Shown here piece by piece: positions 52,518 through 62,156 of a stretch of DNA of 64,000 nt. Numbering within the stretch: the first letter of the stretch is position 1; every line of letters starts with the position of its first letter. The DNA comes from Methanobacteriota archaeon (lineage in GTDB: Archaea; Thermoplasmatota; Thermoplasmata; SG8-5; DAIRED01), in assembly GCA_043799545.1 (NCBI GenBank), contig JAZDNO010000030.1, positions 24,101-88,100 of the forward strand, read 5' to 3'. The notes under the pieces were generated by a model. The model was not told the DNA's origin, searched no databases, and saw nothing but the letters and a program-made list of their open reading frames with translations. Position numbers and translations under genes: made by a program.

Positions 52518-53071
52518 GCCCGAAGCGCGCGCCTGTGCGAGTCCCTAGAATCGAGACGCAGCGCCTCATCATGCGCCAGCTCACCGCGCGCGACGTCAAG
52601 TTCGTCTACGACCTCTTCAGCCTCGAGGAGACCAACAGGTACGTTTCGAACCCTCCGGTGAAAGACATGAAGGCGGCGCGGGGAATATACGAGAAGTACT
52701 GCCGCCCGAAGCCGTACCTATTCCGTGTCGGGATAATCCTGAAGGAGACCGGTAAGCTCGTCGGGACGCTCGGGCTCTACTCCATCAACATGGAAGACAA
52801 ACGCGCGACGCTGGGCTTCGACCTCCTGCCGGAGCACTGGGGGAAAGGCTACATGACGGAGGCCTGCCGCGGATTGCTGAATTGGGCGTTCAAGGAGCTG
52901 AAGCTAAACAGGATACAGGCGTCGGCGGAGCCGGCGAACGTGCGCTCGCTGGCAGTGATGGAGCGCCTCGGATTCCAGCGCGAGGGCGTGCTGCGCCAGC
53001 TCGATTACTACAAAGGCGCGTACCACGACGACGTGGTGTATTCGCTTCTGAGGGAAGAATGGATTGGTTGA
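52514..53071 (+). CDS. RimJ/RimL family GNAT acetyltransferase, tandem paralog
   Basis: ETQRLIMRQ, HWGKGYMTEA, NVRSLAVMERLGF; ATGA overlap. Confidence 0.9.
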   Translation: MSPKRAPVRVPRIETQRLIMRQLTARDVKFVYDLFSLEETNRYVSNPPVKDMKAARGIYEKYCRPKPYLFRVGIILKETGKLVGTLGLYSINMEDKRATLGFDLLPEHWGKGYMTEACRGLLNWAFKELKLNRIQASAEPANVRSLAVMERLGFQREGVLRQLDYYKGAYHDDVVYSLLREEWIG

Positions 53072-53139
53072 CCAAAGACGGCATTACAATTAGACATAAC
53101 AATCAATAAATATGCCTCAAAACAATATATTCCATCGGT

Positions 53140-54381
53140 GTGCATGACATGGTGCGAATAGAAAGAGCGACAATCGTCGGAACGGTCGCTATCGTAGTAT
53201 TCGCGATGCTGACACAGTCGCTCGGTAGTGTCTCCACGGCCAAGGACGGCCCCATGGAAAGCCAATTTATTCCGACAATTATTCAACCATCGAACGGAGC
53301 GGTCGTAAGCGGCTCAGTCCAGATTGCATGGTCCGGGTATATCGATTATGAAGACACCTGGTACGTAGCCTGCGACCAAGATGGCGCCTATCCATACGAT
53401 TATATTATTGCCACACTTTGGGCGCAAAACTACCCTTTCCCTACGACCTATTGGTCGTGCATTTGGAACACGGCTACGGTTCCGAATGGAGCGTGGGAAA
53501 TTGTTGTGATTGAACTTGGCTTTTTCAATATTAATCCTGTAGGCGCGTCAATCAACGTCGTCGTAGCCAACCCAGATATTACGGCTCCCATGCACTCAAG
53601 CGAGTATCCTCTCGTTTCCTCATACACCCGGAGCAGGACGCCAACGGTTTCTGTGAAAGTCGCTGACCCGAGTGGGGTTTCCCTGTCATCCGTGAAACTC
53701 TGGCTTGACGGCACAGAGGTAGCATACCAGTCGGGTACTATCACCTCCGGGTACAACATCTCTTACGCTGTGCCGGAGGAGATAGACGAGGGGTCCATTG
53801 TGCTGTGCCGCATATATGCCCAGGACATAAGCGGGAACGCGCTCGATTTCGCTTGGCAATTCACGGTGCTTCACTCTGCCAACATCATTCTGAACCAGGG
53901 CTGGAACCTCGTCTCGCTGCCGCTGGCCCAGGTCGATGCGACGGTAGGGGCTTCGCTCAGCACCATTGCCGGAAAATGGAGCGCTATTATGACGTACAAC
54001 GCAACCTCCAACGACCACTGGAAAACCAACATCGCATCGAGGGCCGATGCGCTCGACGACTTGAAATCCCTGAACCACCGTTCCGGGTACTGGATAAACG
54101 TCACGCAGGCAGGCGGCTGCACTTTGGCGGTATACGGATTGCCTCCATCGTCGACAGCAATCCAGCTTCGTGCCGGATGGAACCTCGTCGGATACCCGTC
54201 TTCGCGGGGTGACTTGGCTGCGGCCATCGCCCTTTGGGGCACAGGCGCTGATTCGGTGGAGTCTTTCGACCCTGCGGAACTCTACATGACGTCCGCGATG
54301 GGTGCGATGCAAACGCTTACCCCTGGCTATGGATACTGGATGCACGTCTCCGCTGATACGGTGTGGACTGTCACGTACTAG
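53140..54381 (+). CDS. Secreted Ig-like surface protein with tandem C-terminal GWNL...GYW module
   Basis: Signal peptide; WNTATVPNG and YAQDISGN Ig-like segments; GWNLVSLP...GYW and GWNLVGYP...GYW repeats. Confidence 0.8.
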   Translation: MHDMVRIERATIVGTVAIVVFAMLTQSLGSVSTAKDGPMESQFIPTIIQPSNGAVVSGSVQIAWSGYIDYEDTWYVACDQDGAYPYDYIIATLWAQNYPFPTTYWSCIWNTATVPNGAWEIVVIELGFFNINPVGASINVVVANPDITAPMHSSEYPLVSSYTRSRTPTVSVKVADPSGVSLSSVKLWLDGTEVAYQSGTITSGYNISYAVPEEIDEGSIVLCRIYAQDISGNALDFAWQFTVLHSANIILNQGWNLVSLPLAQVDATVGASLSTIAGKWSAIMTYNATSNDHWKTNIASRADALDDLKSLNHRSGYWINVTQAGGCTLAVYGLPPSSTAIQLRAGWNLVGYPSSRGDLAAAIALWGTGADSVESFDPAELYMTSAMGAMQTLTPGYGYWMHVSADTVWTVTY

Positions 54382-54383
54382 AG

Positions 54384-55583
54384 TCAAACCATAACTTTCT
54401 TAAGTATCCCCACCGCCTCGTCCACCTGCTCTTTCGTAATGACCAGCGGCGGCGCGAAACGGATGGTCGTGGTGTGCGTCTCCTTCGCCAGCAGGCCGTT
54501 GCGCATGAGCGCCTCCGTGTATTTTCGCGCTGGGCCGGCCTTCTCGGTGAGCTGGACGGCTATTAGCAACCCCTTGCCGCGCACTTCCTTGAAGAGAGGA
54601 TTGTGAAGCTCCTGGAGCTTCTTCATGAAGTACGCGCCCATCTCCTCCGCGCGCTTGTCCAGCTTCTCGTCGATGAGGACGTCCAGCGAGGCGCTGGCGA
54701 CGGCGCACGCCAGCGGGTTTCCTCCGAAGGTCGAACCGTGCGTACCGGGTGTGAATACGCCCATGATTTCCTTCGAGCTCAAGACCGCGGAGACGGGCAC
54801 GATTCCACCGCCGAGCGCCTTCGCCAAGAGCATCACATCCGGCTTGATGCCGTCGTGCTGGAAACAGAACATCTTCCCGGTGCGGCAGAAGCCTGTTTGT
54901 ATCTCGTCGACGACCAGGAGCACGTTGTGCTTCGTGCAAATCTCCCGAACCTTTTTGAGGTATCCCGCGGGCGGGACTATGACCCCGGCCTCGCCCTGTA
55001 TCGGTTCGACTAGGAACGCCGCCGTGTTTGGCGTGATGGCCTTCTCCAGCGCCTCGGCGTCGCCATATGGGATTACCTTGAATCCCGGCGTGAACGGGCC
55101 GTAGTTCGTCTGCGCGTCCGGGTCCGTCGAGAAGCCTACGATGGTGGTCGTGCGCCCGTGGAAGTTCTCGGCGCAGACGATAATCTCCGCCTTGTCCTTC
55201 GGTATCTTCTTCTCCTCGTACCCCCAGCGCCTGGCCAGCTTTATCCCCGTCTCGACGGCTTCCGCACCGGTGTTCATAGGGAGCATCATCTCCATGCCCG
55301 CGAGCTCCGTGAGCTTCTTCATGAACGCGCCGAGTTTGTCGTTGTAGAAAGCGCGGGATGTCAGAGTCAAGACGTCGAGCTGGTCCTTCGCCGCCTTCAC
55401 GATTCTCGGGTGCCTGTGCCCCTGGTTGAGCGCCGAGTAGCAGGAGAGCATGTCGATGTAGCGCTTCCCCTCCGGGTCCCAGACGTATACGCCCTCGGCC
55501 TTCGCGATGACGACCGGTATGGGGTGGTAGTTGTGCGCTCCGTACTTCGCCTCGATATCCATGTACTCCTTCGACGTTGGCAT
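54384..55583 (-). CDS. rocD: Ornithine aminotransferase
   Basis: [42 protein letters not shown]. Confidence 0.95.
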   Translation of the reverse strand: MPTSKEYMDIEAKYGAHNYHPIPVVIAKAEGVYVWDPEGKRYIDMLSCYSALNQGHRHPRIVKAAKDQLDVLTLTSRAFYNDKLGAFMKKLTELAGMEMMLPMNTGAEAVETGIKLARRWGYEEKKIPKDKAEIIVCAENFHGRTTTIVGFSTDPDAQTNYGPFTPGFKVIPYGDAEALEKAITPNTAAFLVEPIQGEAGVIVPPAGYLKKVREICTKHNVLLVVDEIQTGFCRTGKMFCFQHDGIKPDVMLLAKALGGGIVPVSAVLSSKEIMGVFTPGTHGSTFGGNPLACAVASASLDVLIDEKLDKRAEEMGAYFMKKLQELHNPLFKEVRGKGLLIAVQLTEKAGPARKYTEALMRNGLLAKETHTTTIRFAPPLVITKEQVDEAVGILKKVMV

Positions 55584-55646
55584 AGGAGAACCTCCTGGTT
55601 CTGTCCTACGAATCGACGAGGATGTATTAAAATGTGGGGATATATA

Positions 55647-55841
55647 TTATTCGTCGAAGATGAACAGCTCTTCCACAGTGGTCTGGAGAGCCACGGCGAC
55701 GTCGTGCGCCAGCTTCAACGACGGATTGTAGCTGCCCTTCTCCATGAATAGTATCGTCTCGCGCCTCACCCCGACCTTTCGAGCGAGGTCGTCCTGCGTC
55801 ATGTCGTACCTCGCTCTCAGCTCCTTGATGCGGGTCCTCAT
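55647..55841 (-). CDS. XRE/Cro-family HTH regulator (COG1476-like)
   Basis: [17 protein letters not shown]...YNPSLKLA. Confidence 0.92.
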   Translation of the reverse strand: MRTRIKELRARYDMTQDDLARKVGVRRETILFMEKGSYNPSLKLAHDVAVALQTTVEELFIFDE

Positions 55842-55850
55842 GGAATCGCC

Positions 55851-56285
55851 TCAGTCCAGGGATGGCATCCTGCTGAAGTACGCCCACATCGCCACGAACG
55901 AAATCGCGCCGCCAAGGATGCTGATGCCGGTGATGTCCGTGGCTTTCAGCGTCGAATTGACGCTGTCGCAATAAAGCCCGAGCGCCAGCATCAGGTATAT
56001 CAGGAAGATGAAGGAGTTGCTCGCGGCTTTCTCCTTTATCCTCTGCGAGCGCTCGTCATCGACGGGCAGCCCCGCCTTGATGTTCCTCACCATCGACCCC
56101 CCGATGAATATCATGATGAGCGCTGCTATCCCCACGATTATGAACGTAGTAGCGGCGACAATCGAATCGTCCAGAAGACCATCGAACATCGCCCAGGCGA
56201 CCGCTGAGGTTATCACTGCAAGCGAGACCCCAATGAGCGCTATCACGCGAACCTTGTCCTGCGCTGTCTTATCCATCTTTTTCAC
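55851..56285 (-). CDS. DUF2178-like membrane protein
   Basis: DDERSQRIKEKAAS between TM helices; typical partner of COG1476 HTH genes. Confidence 0.8.
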   Translation of the reverse strand: MKKMDKTAQDKVRVIALIGVSLAVITSAVAWAMFDGLLDDSIVAATTFIIVGIAALIMIFIGGSMVRNIKAGLPVDDERSQRIKEKAASNSFIFLIYLMLALGLYCDSVNSTLKATDITGISILGGAISFVAMWAYFSRMPSLD

Positions 56286-56289
56286 CCCT

Positions 56290-56347
56290 GTTAGAAAAAT
56301 CCAACATATTGTTAGAGATTTCCAACTTAATGTTAGATATAGTTAAC
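56290..56347. promoter_or_regulatory. Three tandem 16-bp imperfect palindromes with 21-bp period (candidate XRE operators)
   Basis: GTTAGAAAAATCCAAC (56290), GTTAGAGATTTCCAAC (56311), GTTAGATATAGTTAAC (56332). Confidence 0.7.
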
Positions 56348-56409
56348 ATTGTATTTAATGGTTTCTGCAGTAAATATATAATTTAAGGGTTTTAACAGCG
56401 CATGGTGAT

Positions 56410-57744
56410 TTACAGCCCGGTCTTCCTCTCCACGAACTTTATCCCGTACTTTTCCAGTTCGTTAAGAATCGGGTTGTATATCTGCGGGTCCACGGGGATG
56501 AGCACGCCTGGCTTCGTTATCTTCTTCTCCAGTATCATGCGCACCGCGATGGCCGCCGGCACCGAGACGGTCCGCGCGATGGCGGTGTCACCGCCCACCT
56601 CGCCGTAGTCCACGAACGTCGACGTTATGAGCTCGCGCTTCCCGCCTTTGTACTCCGCGATGAACTCGTGGTTCATCACTATCATGTCCTTGTCCTTCTT
56701 GCCAATCTCCATCTTCTCCAGCGAGATGACGTTGAGGTAGTCCAGGGGGTTGTCCCTGTCCTTTGGCAGTGGCTTGTCCGAGAAAAGGCCCAGCCATTCC
56801 AGGCGCTTCACGATTGCGGCGTGGTGCGGCAGGTCCAGGAAGTCGGCGACTGCGCACGCCAGGCAGTCCTTGGGCTTCGCCTTCACCAGCGCCCTCGTCA
56901 CGTCAGCGTAGGTCTTGCCTTTGAACCCTTTCAAAGGCTTGTCCTGGAGCCAGCCGAGCGCGACAATCGCCCGCAGCGTCTCGCACCATCCGGTCATGCG
57001 GAACGTGCCTCGGTATACGGTCTCGGCATCCTTCAGGCAATAGATTTTCTTGTAAGGCACGGAGTTGCGGTTCGGGTAGTTCTCGAACGCGCCAGCTCCC
57101 GGCACGTCCTCGATGACGTAGTTCTCGAAAAGCTCTTCTCCGGGGATTTTTATTGTCTCCCCGTCCTCCAGCCACTCCGCTGAATTGCGCGAGGCCAGCA
57201 GCACGCCGCGGGGCGCCCACGAGAACTTGTAGCCGAACGGGTTGTTGTTCGCCTCGTGCGACGGCAGCGCTCCGGTGGTCGACCGGAACGACACGACCTT
57301 TCCGCCCTTCTTCTCTACCGCGTGGATTACGCGCATGGCGGACATGTGGTCGATGCCAGGGTCCAAGCCGGCCTCGTTGAGGAATACCAGCTTCTTCTTC
57401 TTCGCCTCCTTGTCAAGAGCCATCATCGGGTCTCCGACGTACGACGTGGTCACGAGGTGCTTGTTGAACTTCAGGCACAGCTTCCCGATGGCCGGGTGGT
57501 TCGCCGGGGGCAGCAGGCTCACGACGAGGTCGCTGTCCTTCACCATCTTCTGGATGGCTCCGTCGGGGAACTTCTTCTCGTCGTAAGTCCAGGCGACGGC
57601 GCTGCCGTTCCTGTTCTTCCCGACGAGGGCCTTCGCCTTGCTGACAGTCCTGCTCGCAACCGTGACCTGGAACCCGTGGTCCAGCAGATACGCGACCATC
57701 GGACGCGAGACCATTCCCGCGCCGAGCACCAACACTTTTTTCAT
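56410..57744 (-). CDS. Saccharopine dehydrogenase (SDH/Lys9-type)
   Basis: VLVLGAGMVS, EAGLDPGIDHM, NPFGYKFSWAPRGVL, YRGTFR, IARTVS. Confidence 0.9.
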   Translation of the reverse strand: MKKVLVLGAGMVSRPMVAYLLDHGFQVTVASRTVSKAKALVGKNRNGSAVAWTYDEKKFPDGAIQKMVKDSDLVVSLLPPANHPAIGKLCLKFNKHLVTTSYVGDPMMALDKEAKKKKLVFLNEAGLDPGIDHMSAMRVIHAVEKKGGKVVSFRSTTGALPSHEANNNPFGYKFSWAPRGVLLASRNSAEWLEDGETIKIPGEELFENYVIEDVPGAGAFENYPNRNSVPYKKIYCLKDAETVYRGTFRMTGWCETLRAIVALGWLQDKPLKGFKGKTYADVTRALVKAKPKDCLACAVADFLDLPHHAAIVKRLEWLGLFSDKPLPKDRDNPLDYLNVISLEKMEIGKKDKDMIVMNHEFIAEYKGGKRELITSTFVDYGEVGGDTAIARTVSVPAAIAVRMILEKKITKPGVLIPVDPQIYNPILNELEKYGIKFVERKTGL

Positions 57745-57888
57745 GTACGCACGCTCCTTTGCGCATCCTGAGCCCGAATCGCGTGCCCAGAGCAGCGCAG
57801 TACGGCCGTATGCCGAGGAGGTAAAAGAGGGTTTTGGCCAGGAGAGTGAGACAAACGGCCCGGCAACCGACGTGTGGCGTGCGGCGCG

Positions 57889-59187
57889 TCACAGATACTT
57901 CTGTATGTATTCGTAATCTGGCGTGAGCTTGCCCTCGTGAACTATGACCGCTCGCTTAATCGGCGTCGGCAGGTAGAGGTCCGCGAAGCTCTTGTGGTAG
58001 TCTGCCCTGGCTATGTCTATCACGAACGGCAGGAGCTGGTTGCCGAAGTAAGTTGACGCCTCGCGCGGCAATTCCGATGGCAGGGTGTCCACGGCCATAA
58101 TCACCGGGCCGTTCCCCTCCCAGCCGTCCGCGACAGCGCCGGTTTTGACATCGAAGGTGAATATCGGGTTTCCCGGGTCAGCCGCCTTTTCCGACGCCTC
58201 GATGGCGCCGTTCACGTCGATGCTGATGTCCCCTATGACGCGCAGCATCTTTCCCTTCACCCAGTGGGCTTTGAGCCAATCCTTCGTGACGAGGCGGGGG
58301 TAGCGGCTGTCCCAGTAGATGCAGTTGACCAGAACGGCCAGATGCTCAAGGTATCGGTCGAAAACGCCTCTGTACTTCTCAGGGTGCTTGAAGTAATCTT
58401 GAAGCTCGAATGCATCGTCCGGCTTGACAGGCACGACCATGTCCTTCTCGTAGAAGACGACCTTGTACACCTTGTGGCGGGAGAGCTTTCCGCTCTTTAC
58501 CATCACGGCAAGCTTCTCGGGAGCAATCTCCTCGTGCGGGAGGATGTCGAAAATCTCCTGCGCCCCCTTCGAAACGTTCCCGTAGCCAGCGAAGCCGACA
58601 ATCAGAGGCGAGATGTTTTCAGGCAACCCGTCGATTTCAATCCATTTGCCTATCACGGCCAGCGCGGCCTTCGCCTCTCCGAGGCTCGCGTATTCCAGCG
58701 GGCGCTTCAGCGCGGAGAACGGCGACCTGATACCTTCCCACTCCAACCGCTTGCCGAGGGTGTAGAACGTCTCCAGCATCCCGGCCAAACCCGCGTAGTT
58801 GCCGAAGAAGATGAGCCTGCGGTTTGCGTCGTCAGTCACCTTCTCGTAGTCCAGCAGCGTCCCGCCGACATCCATGAGCCTCTTGAGCATGGGCATGTTG
58901 TACTTCTGTCCCTTGATTACGTGGGCGAAGAACATGTACGCCTGGTCCTCCATGAAAATGGATGAGGGCATCTCCTTGATTCCGAAGACGACATCGCATT
59001 CGGAGAGGTCATCCTGCACGAGGGCTCCGGCCTTCTCGTATTCTTCGTCGGGGAAGACCCTAATTCTGGAAGGCTGGACGTGCACCTCGACTCCATGCTG
59101 TATCAGGTCTTTAACGTGGTCGGGCGTGAACGGGACCCTGCGCTCCCATTCGTTCTTGTCCTCGCGGCGGATGCCTATTGCGGGCAT
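57889..59187 (-). CDS. Lysine-ketoglutarate reductase (LKR domain, AlaDH/PNT fold)
   Basis: IRREDKNEWERR, FFAHVIKGQ, LDYEK, FGNYAG, GYGNVSKGA, DISID, VDTLPSELP. Confidence 0.88.
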   Translation of the reverse strand: MPAIGIRREDKNEWERRVPFTPDHVKDLIQHGVEVHVQPSRIRVFPDEEYEKAGALVQDDLSECDVVFGIKEMPSSIFMEDQAYMFFAHVIKGQKYNMPMLKRLMDVGGTLLDYEKVTDDANRRLIFFGNYAGLAGMLETFYTLGKRLEWEGIRSPFSALKRPLEYASLGEAKAALAVIGKWIEIDGLPENISPLIVGFAGYGNVSKGAQEIFDILPHEEIAPEKLAVMVKSGKLSRHKVYKVVFYEKDMVVPVKPDDAFELQDYFKHPEKYRGVFDRYLEHLAVLVNCIYWDSRYPRLVTKDWLKAHWVKGKMLRVIGDISIDVNGAIEASEKAADPGNPIFTFDVKTGAVADGWEGNGPVIMAVDTLPSELPREASTYFGNQLLPFVIDIARADYHKSFADLYLPTPIKRAVIVHEGKLTPDYEYIQKYL

Positions 59188-59248
59188 TGTTGCACCTCGG
59201 CACCCAGATGGCAATGAGGGATAAAAAGGGTGGCGATGAGAGTCCTCT

Positions 59249-59322
59249 CCCGCCCGCCACCCCCACCACCGTCTCGTTTGTCGAACATTGCCTCCACCCA
59301 CCCGCCCCTCCACCCGCCCTCC
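59249..59322 (-). other. Putative G-quadruplex tracts upstream of the LKR promoter
   Basis: Minus strand GGAGGGCGGGTGGAGGGGCGGGTGGG plus a second G-rich block; about 20 bp upstream of TTTTTAT (59221-59227). Confidence 0.45.
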
Positions 59323-59559
59323 TACGTTCACATGTCTCGGAGCGAGTCACAAAATTCTTCAAGCAGACGTGGCTGCCGATAAAGGACGCTTATTATTACC
59401 CGCTCTACCTCTTCGCAGCCATGCTGAGCATCTCGATAATCCAGATAGCCATCGCGTTGCATTATAATTACGCGAAAGCGCTGGATGGGTGCTTCTGCGC
59501 AATTTTATTCCTAAGTGTTTTCGCAATCTACTTGATAGCATTGAGCATGTCTATCTTCT

Positions 59560-60342
59560 CTAAACGTACCGCAAATCCCCGCCCGTGACGGCCTTCTCCT
59601 CTTTTCCGGTGTCCACCACGAGCGCCCCCTCCGGCGTGACGCGCTTGGCGTTGCCCTTTACATTGCCGGACGCGTCCGCAATCTCGACATTCTTGCCTAT
59701 CGTGTCGGACAGCTTCGTCCACTCCTCTATCACCGGCGCGAACCCGACGTGCGCGGCGCGCTGGTATAATTTCTCCATCTCAAGCAGAACGTAAGCCAGG
59801 AGCTGCGGCATATCTGCGTCCTTGCCTAGGAGGTCCCTGACGCTCGTCGGTTGGACCGCGTTTTTGTCGATCGCCAGCTTCGACGCCTCGTTGTTGACGT
59901 CCATGCCTATGCCGACGACGATGTAATCGAGCTTTTCCCCCTGGAGGGACGCCTCGCTGAGGATGCCGCAGAGCTTCTTTCCGTCGACCAGGACGTCGTT
60001 TGGCCACTTGACCATCGCGTTTATGAAATGGAGGTCGCGCAGCGCCTTGGCGACGGCCAGTCCAGCCAGTAGCGATATCGCCGGTGCCGAACTCGGTGAA
60101 AAGGACGGCCGCAGGAGCACTGAAAACCACAGGCCGCCCGCGGGCGAATCCCATTTGTGGCCGGCCCTCCCGCGCCCCTCGGTCTGGACCTCCGCCACAA
60201 CAACCAGGCCTTCCGGCGCGCCCGTCTTTGCCAGGTTCTTGGCGACCGCGTTCGTGGAATTGGTCTCCTTGAAGCATACCAGGTTGCGCCCGAGAATCTC
60301 GGTCTTCAACTGTGACTTGATAGTCGTCAGGTCCATGTTCAT
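59560..60342 (-). CDS. birA: Biotin-protein ligase
   Basis: TNSTN, QTEGRGRAG, KWPNDV, KKLCGIL; TGATG overlap with the cupin gene. Confidence 0.95.
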   Translation of the reverse strand: MNMDLTTIKSQLKTEILGRNLVCFKETNSTNAVAKNLAKTGAPEGLVVVAEVQTEGRGRAGHKWDSPAGGLWFSVLLRPSFSPSSAPAISLLAGLAVAKALRDLHFINAMVKWPNDVLVDGKKLCGILSEASLQGEKLDYIVVGIGMDVNNEASKLAIDKNAVQPTSVRDLLGKDADMPQLLAYVLLEMEKLYQRAAHVGFAPVIEEWTKLSDTIGKNVEIADASGNVKGNAKRVTPEGALVVDTGKEEKAVTGGDLRYV

Positions 60343-60680
60343 CAGATGAACGTCGGCGGCGTGCCGATGGTCAGGTAGACCGCCTTCTCGTGGCCCGGGT
60401 TCTTCACGTGGTGCGCCACGTCGGACTTGTGCCACAGCCAGTCGCCTTTGCCGAGGAAGAATTTGTGGTCTCCCACGTGGACCTCTATCTGCCCTTCGAT
60501 GACGAACTTGAATTCCTCGCCCGCGTGCAGGCTCTCCTGGGGGAACGAGTCGCCGGGGGAAAGCTCCACCGAGACGACCTCCATCAGCGCGCTCTTCGCC
60601 AGGAGCTTGACCTTCTTGGCGAAAATCTCGCGCTCCTCGACCTTCGCTTCCCTGCTGCTTATCGCATCCTTCATCATCAT
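60342..60680 (-). CDS. Cupin-domain protein
   Basis: HAGEEFKFVIEG and GDWLWHKSDVAH cupin motifs. Confidence 0.88.
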   Translation of the reverse strand: MMMKDAISSREAKVEEREIFAKKVKLLAKSALMEVVSVELSPGDSFPQESLHAGEEFKFVIEGQIEVHVGDHKFFLGKGDWLWHKSDVAHHVKNPGHEKAVYLTIGTPPTFI

Positions 60681-60683
60681 GCT

Positions 60684-62147
60684 TCACTTACCCCCCTGGG
60701 ACATCGCGTTGATTACCGCTCCGACGCCGGCCATTGCCGCCGCGGTCTTGGGACCGGAACTCTGTTCCTTCTTCGCTTTCACGTACTCCGTGACCTTCTC
60801 GAGTATATGGTATTGAGGGATATAAGAAGTGTTGTAATTCCCCGATTTGAAGACCTGTTCGTTCATGACAACCTCGTGGAACGGTATGTTGTGGCGCACG
60901 CCGGATATCTGGAACTCCCAAAGCGCCCTCTTCACGCGCTCGATGCAGCGCGGCCTGTCCTCCGCCCAGACAATGAGCTTGGCAATCATCGAGTCGTAGT
61001 ACGGGGGAATCTCGAATCCGGCGTAGACGCCGCTGTCGATGCGTATCCCGGGTCCGCCTGGCTCTGCGTAGCGGATTATCTTTCCCGGAGCCGGCGCGAA
61101 GTTGTTCAGCGGGTCCTCGGCGTTTATCCTGCACTCGATGCAGTGCCCGCGCGCCTTCACGTCCTCCTGCTTGTACTGAAGCTCGTAACCAGACGCCACC
61201 CGCAGCTGCTCCCGCGCGAGGTCGATGCCGGTGATTTGCTCGGTAATCGGGTGCTCGACCTGCAGCCTTGTGTTCATCTCCAGGAAGTAGAACTTCCCGT
61301 CCTTGAACATGAACTCGCAAGTACCCGCGTTCCAGTAACCGACGGCCTGCGCCGCCGTCACCGCCGCCTTGCCCATCTCCGCGCGAATCTCGGGTGTGAG
61401 TGCGCATGAAGGCGTCTCCTCGATGAGCTTCTGGTGCCTCCTCTGCATGGAGCACTCGCGCTCGTTGACGTGAATCATATGGCCGTGCTTGTCGCCGATG
61501 ACCTGGAACTCGATGTGCCGCGGGTCGATGACGCACTTCTCGATGAACACAGTGTCGTCGCCGAAGGAGTTCTTGGCTAGCTGGCGGTTGCTCTCCAGGG
61601 CCTTGTCCATCTCGTCCTCCTTGTCGACCTTCTTGATGCCGATTCCGCCGCCGCCGGCAGCGGCCTTTATCATGACCGGGTATCCGACCTCCCTGGCAAT
61701 TCTCTTCGCCTCAGCGGAGTCGCTCACAGGCTCGACGGTTCCGGGCACGACCGGAACGTTGTGGGCAATCATCGTCTTCTTGGACTCAATCTTCGAGCCC
61801 ATCGCCGCCATCGCGTTCGGCGGCGGCCCGATGAACTCAATCTTCGCCTCTCCGCACATCTTGGCGAACTGCTCGTTCTCCGCAAGGAATCCGTATCCCG
61901 GGTGTATGCCGTCGACGCCGGCCTTCAGCGCCACGTCGATGAGCTTTTCCTTGACAAGGTAGGACATCCGCGCCGGTCCGGGTCCGATGCAGTATTTCTC
62001 GTCGGCGTACTTGACGAAGAGGGCGTGCGCGTCGGCCTCGGAATAGACTGCGACCGTGGGGATTCCAAGTTCCTTGCAGGCGCGGAAAATCCTCACGGCT
62101 ATCTCGCCGCGGTTCGCGACCATGACCTTGCTGAGCAGTTTGGCCAT
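60684..62147 (-). CDS. pycA: Biotin carboxylase subunit (pyruvate carboxylase subunit A)
   Basis: ANRGEIA, HPGYGFLAEN, GGGGIG, FLEMNTRLQVEH, YDSMIAK. Confidence 0.93.
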   Translation of the reverse strand: MAKLLSKVMVANRGEIAVRIFRACKELGIPTVAVYSEADAHALFVKYADEKYCIGPGPARMSYLVKEKLIDVALKAGVDGIHPGYGFLAENEQFAKMCGEAKIEFIGPPPNAMAAMGSKIESKKTMIAHNVPVVPGTVEPVSDSAEAKRIAREVGYPVMIKAAAGGGGIGIKKVDKEDEMDKALESNRQLAKNSFGDDTVFIEKCVIDPRHIEFQVIGDKHGHMIHVNERECSMQRRHQKLIEETPSCALTPEIRAEMGKAAVTAAQAVGYWNAGTCEFMFKDGKFYFLEMNTRLQVEHPITEQITGIDLAREQLRVASGYELQYKQEDVKARGHCIECRINAEDPLNNFAPAPGKIIRYAEPGGPGIRIDSGVYAGFEIPPYYDSMIAKLIVWAEDRPRCIERVKRALWEFQISGVRHNIPFHEVVMNEQVFKSGNYNTSYIPQYHILEKVTEYVKAKKEQSSGPKTAAAMAGVGAVINAMSQGGK

Positions 62148-62156
62148 TTTCACACC

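Noticed and set aside
56290-56347. Periodic repeats as a mini-CRISPR
   Set aside because: Spacers are only 5 bp, the location is a promoter, and no cas genes are present.
59178-59588. Hydrophobic plus-strand ORF (core 59421-59588)
   Set aside because: No SD or family motif; its 5' part is the G4/promoter region and its 3' end overlaps birA; at most a decayed fragment.
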